Shown here: positions 1-8,867 of the stretch, in pieces
How the letters are laid out: each line of letters starts with the position of its first letter
How positions within the stretch are numbered: position 1 is the first letter of the stretch
Source: Rhodothermales bacterium
Lineage (GTDB): Bacteria; Bacteroidota; Rhodothermia; Rhodothermales; BA12
Reading direction: 5' to 3'
DNA: 64,000 nucleotides
Assembly: GCA_963829705.1 (NCBI GenBank)
Contig: CAWHJN010000002.1
Span: 162,954-226,953 of the forward strand
The notes under the pieces: model-generated
The model's database searches: none
What the model was told of the DNA's origin: nothing
The model's input: only the letters and a program-made list of their open reading frames with translations
Made by a program: the position numbers and the translations under genes

Positions 1-1
1 T

Positions 2-313
2 TCCATCCGCCTCGCCAGCGGCGTCTCCTCGACAGGCTTCCAGACGCTCTTCGCGGCGCTGCTCGAACGCGACGTCTCCCCCGCCCGCCTCGCCACCGAA
101 CTCGACCTGCTGCAGGTCTCCGACGACGACGCCCTCCGCCCGCTCATCGAAAAGATCGTCGCCGAGCACCCCGCCGAGGCACAGCGCTACCGCGACGGCG
201 AGCACAAGCTCATCGGCTTTTTCGTGGGCCAGACGATGCGGCAGTTCGACGGCAGCGCTGATCCCAAAAAGGTGCGCGAACTCCTCGTCGAGGTGCTGCG
301 CGCGGCTGGATAA
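2..313 (+). CDS. gatB: Asp/Glu-tRNA(Asn/Gln) amidotransferase subunit B, C-terminal fragment (5' end outside the window)
   Basis: The frame is open from the window edge to TAA at 311-313. The translation ...AEAQRYRDGEHKLIGFFVGQTMRQFDGSADPKKVRELLVEVL matches the GatB/YqeY-type C-terminal domain. Confidence 0.8.
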   Translation, partial: SIRLASGVSSTGFQTLFAALLERDVSPARLATELDLLQVSDDDALRPLIEKIVAEHPAEAQRYRDGEHKLIGFFVGQTMRQFDGSADPKKVRELLVEVLRAAG

Positions 314-367
314 AAGCCTCACGCGGCAGATACCAACCGGTAGGTGCGCATACGACCGAACGCAAAA

Positions 368-398
368 GCGCCCCGGACTCACACAGAATCCGGGGCGC
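368..398. terminator. GC-rich hairpin between the convergent gatB and metalloprotease genes
   Basis: GCGCCCCGGA (368-377) pairs with UCCGGGGCGC (389-398). On the minus strand it is followed by UUUUGCG, so it most plausibly terminates the minus-strand gene ending at 423. Confidence 0.6.
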
Positions 399-422
399 CG
401 TAGCATCACGTGCGTGCCGCGA

Positions 423-1430
423 TCAGTTAGGCCAGGCGGCATACAGCCCGCAGTACGCGCCGTTGTCCGTGCCAAGCGGGTTACGCAGCGTGCCGAGGAT
501 GAAGGCGTTCATCACCGCACGTGGCGACACGTGGAGCTTGCCGTTGCTGTTGGTGACGGCAACCTTGCCGAAGTGGCCGAGGCCGAGTGCGTGCCCGTTC
601 TCGTGCAGCGCGACCGTCTCGATGTCCACCCCGCCGCCGTTCGTGGACCAACCAAAGGCATCGTTGTACCACACCTCAGCCAGCGCCTTATCGTCGTAGC
701 CATCGTTGTTGATGTCCGTCGGCGTGCCGTCAGGATTGATGAACACGAACGTGAACGTCACGCCCAGCACGTTGCTGCTCGCGCCCGGCCCGAGGAAAGC
801 GTCGAACAGAAAGCCGGGCAGAAAGCCGATGGTCGAAATGTCGGCGTAGAACGGGTTGCCGGGCTGCCCACCGATGGTGAGCAGCGCGCTGTAGTTCTGC
901 CCCGTATCCGGCAGCTTCACGATGTCGAGCTTGGAGCAGGTGACCTCATCCCACGTATCGAACGAGGCGTCAATGGCCGGTTCTCCGTTTACAGGGGGAA
1001 GCGGGCTCGAGGCGTTGGAAGCCGTCGCAAACGACTGATCCACGACGTACGTGATCGTCGTGCCCTGCGCGTCGCGGCGCTCGTCGCCGGGGACCCACTG
1101 TGACCCGAGGCGCAGCGTGCGGTCGTTGGCGAAGACGGTCTGCCCGGCCTCGTGGCCCTCGCCGCCGCCGACCCACTCGGCTTTTTCGATGGCGATTCCG
1201 AGCCCGCGGCTGGCGAAGTCGGCGTTGACCTGCGCGATGTACGCCTGCACGGCCTCAGTGCGGTCGTCGGTGACCGCTGCGCCGCCTTTCTTGCCGGACG
1301 ACGACTCAGGTGTGACGCGCAGCCCGACCTGCGGCGTCTCGTCGAGCAGCGGGTTCGTCTCGGGACTTTGCTGGTCGCAGGCGCTCACGAGAAGCGCGAG
1401 CGTGAGGGTGAATGCAGCAATTTTGTGCAT
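423..1430 (-). CDS. secreted or lipoprotein zinc metalloprotease (metzincin, HExxHxxGxxH)
   Basis: 335-aa ORF. The N-terminus MHKIAAFTLTLALLVSAC is a lipoprotein-type signal peptide. The motif HENGHALGLGH lies near the C-terminus. Confidence 0.8.
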   Translation of the reverse strand: MHKIAAFTLTLALLVSACDQQSPETNPLLDETPQVGLRVTPESSSGKKGGAAVTDDRTEAVQAYIAQVNADFASRGLGIAIEKAEWVGGGEGHEAGQTVFANDRTLRLGSQWVPGDERRDAQGTTITYVVDQSFATASNASSPLPPVNGEPAIDASFDTWDEVTCSKLDIVKLPDTGQNYSALLTIGGQPGNPFYADISTIGFLPGFLFDAFLGPGASSNVLGVTFTFVFINPDGTPTDINNDGYDDKALAEVWYNDAFGWSTNGGGVDIETVALHENGHALGLGHFGKVAVTNSNGKLHVSPRAVMNAFILGTLRNPLGTDNGAYCGLYAAWPN

Positions 1431-1594
1431 GGACGTGATGGGGTAGTGGATCTGGGACTGTGATGAACATCCACCCCAACAACGATCAAAGGTATGACCG
1501 ATGTCAAGTCCCCTTTTACAAACAGTCGCCCCTGCTTTTGCTATGTACAGCCTTTTTCAGAACCTGGATCGGCAGGCTATTCCACGATCCGCTG

Positions 1595-2812
1595 TCACAG
1601 CACCACGCGCGTGTACCGCCGCTTGCCCACTTTGAGCACGAACGGAGCCTGCGCGGGCACATCCACCACGTAACCCACGTCGTCGATTTTCTCGCCGTCG
1701 ATGGAAACGCCGCCCTGCTGGATGAGGCGGCGCGCCTCGCCGTTCGAGGCCGCCATCCCAGCCTGCGCGACGAGGTGGACGAGGCCGATGGTGCCGCCGT
1801 CCGTCTCAGGCGTGAAGTCCTCGATGTCGTCGGGGAGTTCGCCGCGGATGACGGTTTTCTCGAAGTGGTCGCGGGCCGCTTGTGCCGCGTCTTCGCCGTG
1901 GTACATCCGCACGATTCGGTGGGCGAGGTCGTGCTTGGCGTTGCGCGGGTCGCTTTCGGCGAAGGCTTTGAGGCGCGGCAGTTCGTCCGTCGGCGCGTCG
2001 GTGGCGAGTTCGAAATAGCGGTAGATGAGCCGGTCCGGGATCGAGAGCGTCTTGCCGTACATCTGCTCGGGCGGCTCGGAGATGCCGATGTAGTTGTCGA
2101 GCGACTTCGACATCTTCTCGACGCCGTCGGTGCCTTCGAGGATCGGCATCGTCAGGCACACCTGCGCCTCCAGGCCGCTGCGGCTCTGCACCTCGCGGCC
2201 CACGAGCAGGTTGAACTTCTGGTCGGTGCCTCCGAGTTCGACATCCGCTTCGATGGCGACGGAGTCCTGCGCCTGCGCGAGCGGGTAGAGGAATTCGTGA
2301 ACGGAAATCGGCTCGCCCGCCGTGTAGCGCTTCTCGAACTCGTCGCGCTCCATCATGCGCGCCACGGTGTATTTCGCCGCCAGCGCGATCACGTCGCGGA
2401 ACGACATCTCGGCCAGCCACTCGCTGTTGTAGCGGATGGTGGTTTTCTGCGGGTCGAGGATTCTGGCGGCTTGGTCGAAGTACGTCTGCCCGTTGGCGCG
2501 CGTCTCGTCGAGCGTGAGCGCGGGGCGCGTCTTGGACTTGCCGCTCGGGTCGCCGATCATCGCCGTGAAGTCGCCCACGATGAGGATGGCGCGGTGGCCG
2601 AGGTCCTGAAACTGCCGCAGCTTCCGCAGCACGACGGCGTGGCCGAGGTGCAAATCCGGGCGGCTCGGGTCGCAGCCCAGTTTCACGACGAGCGGCTTTC
2701 CGGTGGACTCGGCCTTTTTGAGCTTCTCGACGAGTGCGTCTTCAGGCAAGATCTCCTCGACGCCACGGCGGATGTGGCGGAGTTGCTCGTCGAGCGGCGG
2801 GAAGTGGGGCAT
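1595..2812 (-). CDS. tyrS: tyrosine--tRNA ligase
   Basis: 405 aa with the class I motifs HLGH (PDLHLGHAVV) and KMSKS (VEKMSKSLDNYIGI), plus a C-terminal S4-like domain. Confidence 0.93.
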   Translation of the reverse strand: MPHFPPLDEQLRHIRRGVEEILPEDALVEKLKKAESTGKPLVVKLGCDPSRPDLHLGHAVVLRKLRQFQDLGHRAILIVGDFTAMIGDPSGKSKTRPALTLDETRANGQTYFDQAARILDPQKTTIRYNSEWLAEMSFRDVIALAAKYTVARMMERDEFEKRYTAGEPISVHEFLYPLAQAQDSVAIEADVELGGTDQKFNLLVGREVQSRSGLEAQVCLTMPILEGTDGVEKMSKSLDNYIGISEPPEQMYGKTLSIPDRLIYRYFELATDAPTDELPRLKAFAESDPRNAKHDLAHRIVRMYHGEDAAQAARDHFEKTVIRGELPDDIEDFTPETDGGTIGLVHLVAQAGMAASNGEARRLIQQGGVSIDGEKIDDVGYVVDVPAQAPFVLKVGKRRYTRVVL

Positions 2813-2823
2813 GGCGGAGGTTG

Positions 2824-2848
2824 GAGGTGCGAGGTGCGAGGTGCGAGG
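2824..2848. repeat. tandem heptamer GAGGTGC x3.6, in the tyrS leader (GCACCTC in the sense strand)
   Basis: Read directly: gaggtgc gaggtgc gaggtgc gagg, lying 12-36 nt upstream of the tyrS ATG (2812, minus strand). Confidence 0.9.
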
Positions 2849-2902
2849 CTAGAGGAGGCCGCGCAATCCCTGTGACAAATGACGAATGACCTGTTCTCTC
2901 CC

Positions 2903-3367
2903 CTACTCGTCCCCACGCGCCCGCGCCCGGTCCATGCTGCGCTTGGCGTCGCGCTCGGCGATGGTGGCGCGCTTGTCGTGCAGCTTCTTGCCCTTCGCGA
3001 GCCCGATGAGCACCTTCACGCGCCCGTCGCGGAAGTAGAGTTTGAGCGGCACGATGGTGAAGCCTTTCTGCGAGACGCCTTTCTTCCACTTGTCGAGTTC
3101 GGCGCGGTGCAAGAGCAGCCGGCGTGGGCGCAGCGCCTCGTGGTTGAAGTGGATGCTCGCCTGCTTGTACGGCGGGATGTGGAGGTGGCGCAGCGCCAGG
3201 TCGGTGCCCTGGAATTCGCAGTACGCCTCGGCCATGCTCGCTTTGCCCTCGCGCAGCGCCTTGACCTCGGTGCCCGTCAGCACGAGGCCCGCTTCGAGCG
3301 TGTCTTCGATAAAGTATTCGTAGCGCGCCTGCCGGTTGGTGGCAATCGTTTTCTCGCCTTCAGCCAT
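2903..3367 (-). CDS. smpB: SsrA-binding protein SmpB
   Basis: 154 aa. IATNRQARYEYFIEDTLEAGLVLTGTEVKALREGKAS is a typical SmpB N-terminus. Confidence 0.92.
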   Translation of the reverse strand: MAEGEKTIATNRQARYEYFIEDTLEAGLVLTGTEVKALREGKASMAEAYCEFQGTDLALRHLHIPPYKQASIHFNHEALRPRRLLLHRAELDKWKKGVSQKGFTIVPLKLYFRDGRVKVLIGLAKGKKLHDKRATIAERDAKRSMDRARARGDE

Positions 3368-3510
3368 CGCGGTACGGAAAAGAGGACGGAGTGCTACCAG
3401 TTCTGGCAGATACGTGTAAAACCCGATTCGTCATCCCCGCGCAGCCGGAAATGATTTCACGGTCATGTTCAGGAGTAGAGCAGGACCCGAATAAAGCCGC
3501 GACGGGCGGA

Positions 3511-4326
3511 TCAGAGCAGCGGCCCTTCCGGTGCCGCCTCGTCGTCGTCCTCGTCGGGGAGTTCGGCGATGGGGAGGTCGGAGACTTCTTCGAGCGCGCC
3601 GCGCTGGAAGAGGTAGTCGCGCAGTTCAGTGAGGCCCGCCACGGCGAGGTCGTCGAAGCGGAAGCGCACGCTCTCGGCGAAGTAGGCGTGCAGCACCTCG
3701 GGCATCTCGCGCGCCCGGAGCCACAGCGCCTGCTGCTCCTCGACGGTTTTCACCGCATCGAGCAGCGTCTGCCGCCAGCCTGGCTCCGCCTCGCCCTTGC
3801 GCGTGACGAACAGCCCCCACACCATCGGGTAGTTGGCGAGTTCGTACCACTCCTGTCCGAGGTCCAGCACCACAGCCCCGGGCGTTTCGGCGTGGAGCAG
3901 CGCGGCATCGTTGCCGGTGACGAGCACAGCGTCGTGCGTCGCCAGCGCCGAAAGTCCTGGCTGCGGATGTGCCGCCAGTTCCAGCGTCTGCCCGTAGTGC
4001 TCGGTCAGCAGCAGGTGCGCCAGAAACGCCTCCTGCGCGTACGCAGGATCGACAGCGAGCGTCTTGACGGGCGTGCCGAACCCGTTTTTGAGCACGACGC
4101 GCGCAAACGGGTAGTCCCACGTCGAAAGTGCGACGCCCGGCATCACATCCACGTCCGCCACGTGCCGCAGCACGGTGAGCGTGGACACGAGCGCGACATC
4201 GACGCTGCCGTCGAGCAGCTGGGCGAGCGCCTCGTGCGACGGCCCGCGCGCCACGTCAACGCCCTCGGCCTCCAGTACGGAGACGAGCGGCTCGGCGCTC
4301 AGGATGTCGGGCAGGGCAACACGCAT
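3511..4326 (-). CDS. MqnA-like menaquinone (futalosine pathway) biosynthesis protein / chorismate dehydratase-like
   Basis: I chose the internal start MRVALPDIL, which avoids overlapping rplS. The segments DLGQEWYELANYPMVWGLFV and VLVTGNDAAL resemble the MqnA periplasmic-binding-fold family. Confidence 0.6.
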   Translation of the reverse strand: MRVALPDILSAEPLVSVLEAEGVDVARGPSHEALAQLLDGSVDVALVSTLTVLRHVADVDVMPGVALSTWDYPFARVVLKNGFGTPVKTLAVDPAYAQEAFLAHLLLTEHYGQTLELAAHPQPGLSALATHDAVLVTGNDAALLHAETPGAVVLDLGQEWYELANYPMVWGLFVTRKGEAEPGWRQTLLDAVKTVEEQQALWLRAREMPEVLHAYFAESVRFRFDDLAVAGLTELRDYLFQRGALEEVSDLPIAELPDEDDDEAAPEGPLL

Positions 4327-4334
4327 GGGGGTAT

Positions 4335-4362
4335 CGAGCGACGAGCGACGAGTGACGAGTGA
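4335..4362. repeat. tandem heptamers CGAGCGA x2 + CGAGTGA x2 in the leader of the MqnA-like gene; a second heptad array GCACTCG CAACTCG GCACTCG lies at 4381-4401
   Basis: Read directly from the 4327-4402 spacer between the rplS stop and the MqnA-like start. Confidence 0.9.
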
Positions 4363-4402
4363 CTTTTCGTTCGACACCCGGCACTCGCAACTCGGCACTC
4401 GT

Positions 4403-4765
4403 TCAGGCGGTCGTGTCGCGGCGTTTGGCCTTGATGCGGGCGGCCTTGCCGCGGCGCTCGCGCAGGTAGAACAGCTTGGCGCGGCGTACCCGGCCTTCCT
4501 GCACCACATCGACTTTGGCGATGCGCGTGGAGGTAAACGGGAAGACGCGCTCGACGCCGATGCCGTTGGAGATCTTGCGGACGGTGAACGTCCGGCTCGC
4601 TCCCGAGCCGCGCATCGAAATGACGACGCCCTGGAACTGCTGGATGCGCTCCTTCTCGCCCTCGATCACGCGTACGTGAACGGAGACGGTGTCGCCCGGG
4701 TTGAAGTCGGGCAGGTCGTCGCGGAATTGGGTGGCTTCCACCAGTCGCATGAGATCGGTAGCCAT
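4403..4765 (-). CDS. rplS: 50S ribosomal protein L19
   Basis: 120 aa. [29 protein letters not shown]...RRAKLFYLR matches L19. Confidence 0.95.
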   Translation of the reverse strand: MATDLMRLVEATQFRDDLPDFNPGDTVSVHVRVIEGEKERIQQFQGVVISMRGSGASRTFTVRKISNGIGVERVFPFTSTRIAKVDVVQEGRVRRAKLFYLRERRGKAARIKAKRRDTTA

Positions 4766-4831
4766 ATCACACCTCGTGAGGTTTGAGTTTTTGAGAGTAG
4801 TAAAGAGAAAAGCTGTGACGCAGCCTGTGTA

Positions 4832-5524
4832 TCAGGATAGCAGGTCGGGGCGGCGGGTGCGGGTTTTTTCGAGCCGCTGCTCGTCGCGCCAGCGTTCGAT
4901 GCGTTCGTGATCGCCCGAGAGCAGCACGCCGGGCACGCCCTGCCCGCGAAACGTGACCGGGCGCGTGTACGCCGGTGCGTCAAGCAGGCCGTCCATGAAC
5001 GAATCCGACAGCGCCGACTGCGCGTCGCCCAGCACGCCGGGCAGCAGCCGCACGACGGCATCGACGACGACGAGTGCGGGCAGTTCGCCGCCCGAGAGCA
5101 CGTAATCCCCGATGGAGACTTCGTGCGTCACGAGCGTGTCGCGCACGCGCTGATCGACGCCTTTGTAATGCCCGGCCAGCAGCACGATCCACGTGTGGAG
5201 CGAAAGCTCTGCCGCCATGCTTTGCGTCAGCACCTCGCCGTCGGGGCTGAGGTAGATGCACGCGTCGATGGCGCGGCCCGCCTCGTTCGCTTCCCGTTCG
5301 ATGGCCTCGTAGCACGCGAAGATGGGCTCGGGTTTGAGCACCATCCCCGCGCCGCCGCCGTACGGGTAATCGTCCACCTGCCGGTGCTTGCCCACGCCGT
5401 GCGGGCGCAGGTCATGCACGCGGATCTCCACCAATCCAGCCTGCTGCGCGCGCTGCAAGATGCTGTGCGCGAGCGGACTTTCGACGAGTCCCGGCAGGGC
5501 GGTGATGAGGTCGATGCGGAGCAT
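4832..5524 (-). CDS. trmD: tRNA (guanine37-N1)-methyltransferase
   Basis: 230 aa. [12 protein letters not shown]...[21 protein letters not shown]...[13 protein letters not shown] are TrmD hallmarks, and it sits in the conserved rimM-trmD-rplS order. Confidence 0.93.
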   Translation of the reverse strand: MLRIDLITALPGLVESPLAHSILQRAQQAGLVEIRVHDLRPHGVGKHRQVDDYPYGGGAGMVLKPEPIFACYEAIEREANEAGRAIDACIYLSPDGEVLTQSMAAELSLHTWIVLLAGHYKGVDQRVRDTLVTHEVSIGDYVLSGGELPALVVVDAVVRLLPGVLGDAQSALSDSFMDGLLDAPAYTRPVTFRGQGVPGVLLSGDHERIERWRDEQRLEKTRTRRPDLLS

Positions 5525-5528
5525 GGCG

Positions 5529-6065
5529 TCACGCGGCGTCGTCCATCAGCCCTTCGATGGGCCGAAGGACCACACGACGCGCCTCCAGATCCATCGACAC
5601 GACGAAGGCAGGCACGTCGGGCACGAGCACGCGCGCGCCGCCCGTCGTCCGAACGTCGAGCAGTTCGTACATCGGCCCTTCCCGCACCTCGACGACCTCG
5701 CCCAGCGCGTTTCCCTCCTCGTCCTCGACCCGCAGGCCGATGAGGTCGTGGAGGAAGTACTCGCCTTCGGCCAGCGGCAGGTCGCTTTCGGCGGCGTAGA
5801 CGTTGAGCCCGCGCAGCTTTTCAGCTGTATCGGGCGTGTCTACCCCTTCCGCCTCGACGAGCAGCGTGGCCCCGTGCTTTGTGGGCATGAGGCGGCACGA
5901 GGTGAACGCCATGGGTCGGGCGGCGTCGGCGGTTTTGCCAACGAACACCCGCTCAAGCGTCACCAGCCGCGCCGGATCGTCCGACTCGGGGATGATTTTG
6001 AACGCCCCGCCCGTTCCGTGGGGCCGGTAGATGCGGCCGATGAGAAGGCGGGCGGGATGCGTCAC
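5529..6065 (-). CDS. rimM: 16S rRNA processing protein RimM
   Basis: 178 aa. [18 protein letters not shown] is a RimM N-terminus, and the gene lies between rpsP and trmD. Confidence 0.88.
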   Translation of the reverse strand: MTHPARLLIGRIYRPHGTGGAFKIIPESDDPARLVTLERVFVGKTADAARPMAFTSCRLMPTKHGATLLVEAEGVDTPDTAEKLRGLNVYAAESDLPLAEGEYFLHDLIGLRVEDEEGNALGEVVEVREGPMYELLDVRTTGGARVLVPDVPAFVVSMDLEARRVVLRPIEGLMDDAA

Positions 6066-6115
6066 AGCAGTGTATCAAAGAACACGCGCGGCCTGTTGCC
6101 ACGCGCCAAAGGGTA

Positions 6116-7018
6116 TTAGCCTTCTTTGGTGGTGTCGTCGTCCGCGGCTTCTTCCGTCGAAGCGTCCTCAGACACGTCGTCGGTGGCGGGCTCGGCTTCG
6201 TCGGCGTCGGGCGTCGGCGTTTCTTCCGCCATCACCTCGGGCTGCTCGGCTTCACCGGCCTCGGGAGCCTCGGCCACTTCCTCCTCGGTCGCGGGCGTCG
6301 GCGCCGCGCCGGGGAGCACGACGGGCTGTTCGGCCTCGCCTGCTTCCACGTCGGTGGCTTCGACTTCGGCGGTTTCCTCGGTCGTGGCTTCCGTCGTTTC
6401 GGTTTCCTCGGCGGCGGGCGCTTCGGTTGCGGTGTCGGCGGCAGGCGCGTTCACCGTGGCGTCCTCGGCTTCCTGCCGGGCGTTGGCGGCTGCCTGCGCG
6501 GCAGCGGCTTCCTCGGCGGCGGCGGCTTTCTGGGCGGCCTGCTCGCGCTTGGCCTTCTCAGCCTCCTCGCGGGCCTGCGCCTCTGCGGCTTCACGCTGCT
6601 TGCGCGCTTCGGCCTCTTCGGCGGCGACGCGCTTGCGCTCTTCGTCGAGGGCCTGGCGGCGGCGCTCGGCGGGTGTCTGCTTGGTAGGCGTGGAAGCGGC
6701 CGTCTGCGTGCGGTGCTCTTCCATCGCGGCCTGGATCTCCTCGTCGCTCTTGCCTTTGCGCGACAGGTGGAGGCCCTTCATGATGCCGTGACGGCTCAGA
6801 ATCGAGCGCACGGTGCCCGAAGGCTGTGCGCCCTGCTGCAACCAGTAGAGCACGCGGTCCGCGTTGATCGTGACGGAGGCGGGCTCCTTGATGGGCTCGT
6901 AGCGGCCCAGGTCTTCGATGTAGCGACCGTCGCGCGGCGAGCGCGCGTCGGCGGCGACGATGGCGTAGAGCGGACGCTTGCGGCGGCCCATGCGGCGGAG
7001 ACGAAGCGAAACTGCCAT
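6116..7018 (-). CDS. rpsP: 30S ribosomal protein S16 with a long acidic Ala/Glu/Thr-rich C-terminal extension
   Basis: I chose the start at MAVSLRLRRMGRRKRPLYAIVAADARSPRDGRYIEDLGRYEP (S16 core, about 90 aa). About 200 aa of low-complexity E/A/T/K sequence follow before the stop at 6116. Confidence 0.88.
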   Translation of the reverse strand: MAVSLRLRRMGRRKRPLYAIVAADARSPRDGRYIEDLGRYEPIKEPASVTINADRVLYWLQQGAQPSGTVRSILSRHGIMKGLHLSRKGKSDEEIQAAMEEHRTQTAASTPTKQTPAERRRQALDEERKRVAAEEAEARKQREAAEAQAREEAEKAKREQAAQKAAAAEEAAAAQAAANARQEAEDATVNAPAADTATEAPAAEETETTEATTEETAEVEATDVEAGEAEQPVVLPGAAPTPATEEEVAEAPEAGEAEQPEVMAEETPTPDADEAEPATDDVSEDASTEEAADDDTTKEG

Positions 7019-7129
7019 GTTGAGTAGGGTTGAGTGGTTGTCGTTAGTAAGTGTCGTTTGCAAATAGAGCGCGCAGCGAGGGCGCAGAGGGCGCAGATCG
7101 GTTTTTCAATCCACGCCCCCCGGCTTGCC

Positions 7130-8482
7130 TCACCTTCCGCCACCGAGGAGCGAGCCGAGGTCTACACTGCGGCCCTTGCCCATCATCTTGGTGACGGTCT
7201 TCATCATCTTCTTCATGTCCTCGAACTGCTTGAGGAGCTGGTTCACGTCCTGCACCTTCACGCCCGAGCCCAGCGCGATGCGGCGGCGGCGGCTGCCGTT
7301 GAGCAGCGCCGGGTTGGCACGCTCGGCGGGCGTCATCGAGCGGATGATGGCCTCGATGTGCTTGAAGGCGTCTTCCTCGACGTCGAGGTCCTTCATCTGC
7401 TTGCCCAGGCCGGGAATCATGCCCAGCAGATCCTTGATCGACCCCATCTTCTTGATCTTCTGGAGCTGATCCAGAAAATCCTCGAGGTCGAACTGCGACG
7501 ACTTGATCTTGCGTTGCAGCTTCTCGGCCTGCTGCTCGTCGTACTGATCCTGGGCGCGCTCGACGAACGAGACGACGTCGCCCATGCCGAGAATCCGCTG
7601 CGCCATGCGCTCGGGGAAAAACGGCGTGAGGGCGTCGAGCTTCTCGCCCGTGGAGGCGAACTTGATGGGCTTCTGCACCACCGACCGGATCGAGAGCGCG
7701 GCCCCGCCGCGCGTGTCGCCGTCGAGCTTGGTGAGGACGACGCCGCCGAAATCGAGGCGCTCGTTAAATGCCTGCGCGGTGTTCACGGCATCCTGCCCCG
7801 TCATCGAATCGACGACGAACAGAATCTCGTTCGGGTTGACGGCGCGCTTGATGGCCTCGACCTCGTCCATCATCTTCTCGTCCACGTGCAAGCGCCCCGC
7901 GGTGTCGATGATGAGGATGTCGCGGGCCTGGCGGCGCGCGGCGGCGACGGCTTCGGTGGCTACGCGCACGGCGTCCTGCACGACCTGCCCGTTCTCAACG
8001 ACGGCGTGGACGGGGACGTTGATCTGCGCGGCGAGCGACTTGAGCTGATCGACGGCAGCCGGGCGGTACACGTCGGCGGCGGCGAGCATGGGCGAGCGGC
8101 CCTTGTCCTTGAAAAACTTGGCGAGCTTGCCGCAAAACGTCGTCTTGCCCGAGCCCTGCAAGCCTGCTACCAGAATCACCGTCGGCGGCGTGGGCGACAT
8201 CGTGACGCCGACCTGCTGCCCGCCGAGGAAATAGACGAGCTCGTCGTAGACGATCTTGACGAGCTGCTGACCCGGCGCGACGGCGTTGAGGACTTTCTCG
8301 CCTGTCGCCTGCTCTTTGACGCGGTTTGTAAAGTCGCGCGCCACCTGGTAGTTCACGTCGGCGTCCAAGAGCGCCCGACGGATCTCGCGCATCGTGTGCG
8401 CGATGTTGAGTTCGTTGATGCGCCCCTGTCCGCTCGCGGACTTGAGGGCATCTTCCAGCTTTTCAGATAAGGCTTCGAACAT
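7130..8482 (-). CDS. ffh: signal recognition particle protein Ffh
   Basis: Start at MFEALSEKLEDALK. GLQGSGKTTFCGKLA is the GTPase P-loop, DTAGRL and TKLDGDTRGG are present, and the C-terminus is a Met-rich M domain. Confidence 0.95.
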   Translation of the reverse strand: MFEALSEKLEDALKSASGQGRINELNIAHTMREIRRALLDADVNYQVARDFTNRVKEQATGEKVLNAVAPGQQLVKIVYDELVYFLGGQQVGVTMSPTPPTVILVAGLQGSGKTTFCGKLAKFFKDKGRSPMLAAADVYRPAAVDQLKSLAAQINVPVHAVVENGQVVQDAVRVATEAVAAARRQARDILIIDTAGRLHVDEKMMDEVEAIKRAVNPNEILFVVDSMTGQDAVNTAQAFNERLDFGGVVLTKLDGDTRGGAALSIRSVVQKPIKFASTGEKLDALTPFFPERMAQRILGMGDVVSFVERAQDQYDEQQAEKLQRKIKSSQFDLEDFLDQLQKIKKMGSIKDLLGMIPGLGKQMKDLDVEEDAFKHIEAIIRSMTPAERANPALLNGSRRRRIALGSGVKVQDVNQLLKQFEDMKKMMKTVTKMMGKGRSVDLGSLLGGGR

Positions 8483-8501
8483 AGTGCCGATGAGGGACGG
8501 T

Positions 8502-8756
8502 GGAGAGGATTCTCCGGTGGAACCGGCAGAAGGCCGGTGGCGAGGGCGGAGCCGTGAGGCCGTACCCGCGCCGGGTCCGTGAAGGCAGACGCAGAGGATA
8601 CGCCGCCTGTTCGGCGCGTGTGGTGGAGCCTGAATGAAGAGTTCTCTGGGGTAGAAGGGCGAATGGTGGAGCGTGACGAGTAATTGGTAACCGGTGAAAG
8701 GCGACGGGCGGCATCGGGTCTGATGCCTCCTGCCAGAGAATCCCTTCCGCTTTTCC
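8502..8756 (+). ncRNA. candidate structured non-coding RNA (function unassigned; 6S-type RNA is one hypothesis). Strand and ends are uncertain.
   Basis: The 386-bp ffh/5-FCL spacer has no credible ORF. A long-range helix pairs 8502-8517 with 8733-8748 (14 of 16 pairs) and is followed by GCUUUUCC. Several local hairpins and six GGTG(G/A)A-type motifs are present. It lies immediately upstream of a 5-formyl-THF cyclo-ligase gene, which is where ssrS lies in E. coli. Confidence 0.2.
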
Positions 8757-8867
8757 ATCCCCCTCTCCCGCTGAGGGAGAGGCCCGGGGTGAGGGGGACG
8801 CTGCTTTCAAACACCAACGGTGCAGCCGATTGCTCACCGGCCCCTGTCCAACATCGTAGATTCCACC

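Noticed and set aside
2824-2848. Short tandem repeats as a possible miniature CRISPR array.
   Set aside because: The units are 7 nt and contiguous, with no spacers. There are no cas genes in the window.
2903-3510. A tmRNA (ssrA) gene next to smpB.
   Set aside because: The flanking spacers (2813-2902 and 3368-3510) are short. They lack the GGGG...UUCGA 5' element and a tRNA-like 3' end.
8483-8867. Assignment of the ffh/5-FCL spacer to RNase P RNA, tmRNA, SRP RNA, or a cobalamin, TPP or ZTP riboswitch.
   Set aside because: Partial look-alikes exist: GGUCCGUGAAGGCAGAC resembles the SRP domain IV region, GGUGAAAGG resembles an RNase P element, and GGCUCCACCA resembles a tRNA-like 3' end. The defining cores are missing: GGAAAGUCCGG, a T-arm plus GGGG 5' end, the B12 box, CUGAGA, and CCGCCUGGGC. 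I kept it only as an unassigned candidate RNA.
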